From contig NIVC01002552.1 in assembly GCA_002269645.1 (NCBI GenBank), forward strand, positions 62,001 to 126,000: a stretch of 64,000 bases of DNA, given 5' to 3'. A program made the translations under genes and the position numbers. The notes under the pieces are model-generated. The model did no database searches. It saw nothing but the letters and a program-made list of their open reading frames with translations, and was not told where the DNA came from. Below are positions 62,016 to 64,000 of the stretch, piece after piece (position 1 is the first letter of the stretch; every line of letters starts with the position of its first letter). Origin of the DNA: Macrostomum lignano. Lineage: Eukaryota.

Positions 62016-63869
62016 TAGTAACTGATAATAAGCAACAGTATGCTGTTGTCTATGGTACTAAGCTTTACTTTAGAAATATACAAGTTGTAAATACATTAAC
62101 TAAGTATTGAATACCATCGACCAAAGATTTCTGGAGATTCTGATTTATCAAACAGGCCAAAAAGAGAAGAGACCAATACTATCCGGGTGACTTCTTGAGA
62201 TTTTCAAACTTTTTGTCTAAATAGAAACTGTAAGTGATGTAATAAAATTGGAATGAAGAAATTGCACATTGAAATGTCTATAATTGCATTCTCAATTTAT
62301 GTGGCGTTGCCTATTCTCACATTTGGGTACTTAAGAGCTTGCCGCATGCCCATTGAAAATTCATTGAAAACTGCTCAAAACCTCAAACTTACTACTGCCC
62401 TTACAAAGCTATCATTTTGGTCATCGTGAAATTTTAATCGAAATCAACTGCTCATCAAGGCTCTCACTCAATCACTGACGCCTCATTGAAGCTGTTCACG
62501 GTGATTTCAAGATCCGAGCTCCTGCGCATTTAAGCCGGTTCTATTCTGAGGCACCTATTGAGCAGCTATAGCTGGCTTCAGAGCAGTGTCTAGACACTTA
62601 AAGTCGAGGAGCGCGGAAGAGTACAAAGAAATGAGACGCGGCAGCCGGCCGGAGCAGCCGTCATAAACTCCCCCCCACCCCAACCCCTGCAACAGAAAGC
62701 AGAAAATTTGCGCGCGGATCAGCGCAACTGACAGGACTCGAGTGGCCGCGCGACCAGAGAGTCGAGTGGAGGGTCGGAGTTCACGGCCGGGAGCGCGGTC
62801 AGGCTAGAGAGGGGCGATCTGGCTCGCGTCTTGGGCGCTAATCCTGGCCCGCTTACTGCCCACTGCTGGCAGGACTTCCAGTATCGGAGAAGCTAGAATG
62901 CTGACACTGGTCTGGGCAATAAAGCCAAGCAGCGGGCAATAAAAGCACAGACAGACAGCGCGACAGCCAGAATTAGGCTGCAGTTATCAGCAAAATTGTC
63001 AATTCTGTACAATTGCAAATGTCAACCAACTCTGCTATATTTGGTTCGCTGATTAACGCACGATTGGTCCGCAATAAAGATCGTTTACTGTACACGCGGT
63101 TTCCATAAGCAAAGACAGTAGAAAAATTGCGGATAAAAAACGGGATATTTTGATATTGCAATTATCAGCGGGACGGTCTGAAGCGGAGGGGCTTTACCAA
63201 TTAGGAACATCAGACATAAGTGCCATTTCCATTTACAGAGTGCTTACTGGCAGTCCATGACCTTGAAATAAAAATTCAATAGCTATATATTAATAGATAT
63301 TTTATTAACTGAATTGCCGGCAATGCAATTTGGCAAAATCGACATTGTCAGTGCCGAATTCCATCACTAATTCGGGCATTTTACCATTGAAGATTCACGA
63401 GTTACGAAGCATTTTGTCAGTAGTCACAGTCACAATCACAATTATTGTCAATCACAAAAACGTTTGCGATACTGCCGTATTCTACGGTTATCCCGAACCA
63501 AAACATTTTCAGAGAATCTGCATGCATCTTTTTGGGTATCTTTTCTATATTCTTCAGTTTTAGGAGTGTCACTTCTACATAACAGCCCTCATACTTTGAT
63601 CTAACTATGGTATCCAATAACGGGTGTCACAAAAAAATCTTATCATTTCAATCGACTCCTGCTTGCTCACGAAAAAAAACAGAAATAAATGTTCGGACAC
63701 CGACAAATGGAGAGCATAGTTCGGTCATCGCTAGAGATCAGGGCCTAAGAGTCGATTGAAATGGCAAATGAAGCCGCAACCAACTGATGGCATTCAATCT
63801 CGCCTCAGCAGCTACGGACACGGAAGGCACAAGGTCGGAACGCACAAGGCCAGGAGTCTCTGCACGGTC

Positions 63870-64000
63870 TCACCGCGACACCGCTAGACAGTCTGCTTCG
63901 TTTGTCACTGCGCTGTTCGTAATTGCCTGGTGCGACCTCGGTATGAGGACGACCACAGAGGAGACGATGCACAGCACGTAGGCAGTGAAGAACAGGCGGT
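63870..64000 (-). CDS. Probable last coding exon (M4 helix) of a Cys-loop ligand-gated ion channel; gene extends beyond the window
   Basis: (D)RLFFTAYVLCIVSSVVVLIP...* matches the DRxF + hydrophobic helix end of nicotinic-type subunits; only ~43 codons are visible. Confidence 0.5.
   Translation of the reverse strand, partial: RLFFTAYVLCIVSSVVVLIPRSHQAITNSAVTNEADCLAVSR

Overview
Eukaryotic (metazoan) genomic DNA, not prokaryotic. It has GC3-rich spliceosomal genes whose introns and intergenic gaps are packed with micro- and minisatellites. This style suggests the flatworm Macrostomum lignano or a similar lophotrochozoan (inference only). Gene models were built by hand from homology motifs plus phase-compatible splice sites. 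They are: a 2-exon Bcl-2-family gene (+, 2850-7740); an intronless ~627-aa orphan split by a one-base frameshift (-, 9516-11398); a 101-aa Rdx/SelW-like protein with SxxC (-, 12927-13232); 10-exon LCMT2/TYW4 (-, 15090-20659); 4-exon ADSL (-, 22673-25265); an OCIA-domain gene (-, 28371-28994); an intronless 1072-aa ZnF-RS-multi-RRM protein with a duplicated Cys/His module (-, 30205-33423); a UBE2Z-like E2 (+, 47822-49342); a 5-exon Ig-like type I membrane protein (+, 50154-56860); and a probable Cys-loop receptor M4 tail at the right edge. Mobile elements include a 6.9-kb Mutator/Foldback-type element (38865-45804) with a 9-bp TSD, TIRs built from 186-bp repeats, and a transposase-Ulp1 protease-PHD gene. 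There is also an internally deleted Tc1/mariner, a hAT element carrying a 1.1-kb microsatellite, two tRNA-derived CORE-like SINEs, RTE-like LINE fragments and several foldback MITEs. No CRISPR array, rRNA or intact tRNA gene was seen. No database searches could be run, so all family assignments come from recognising motifs by eye.
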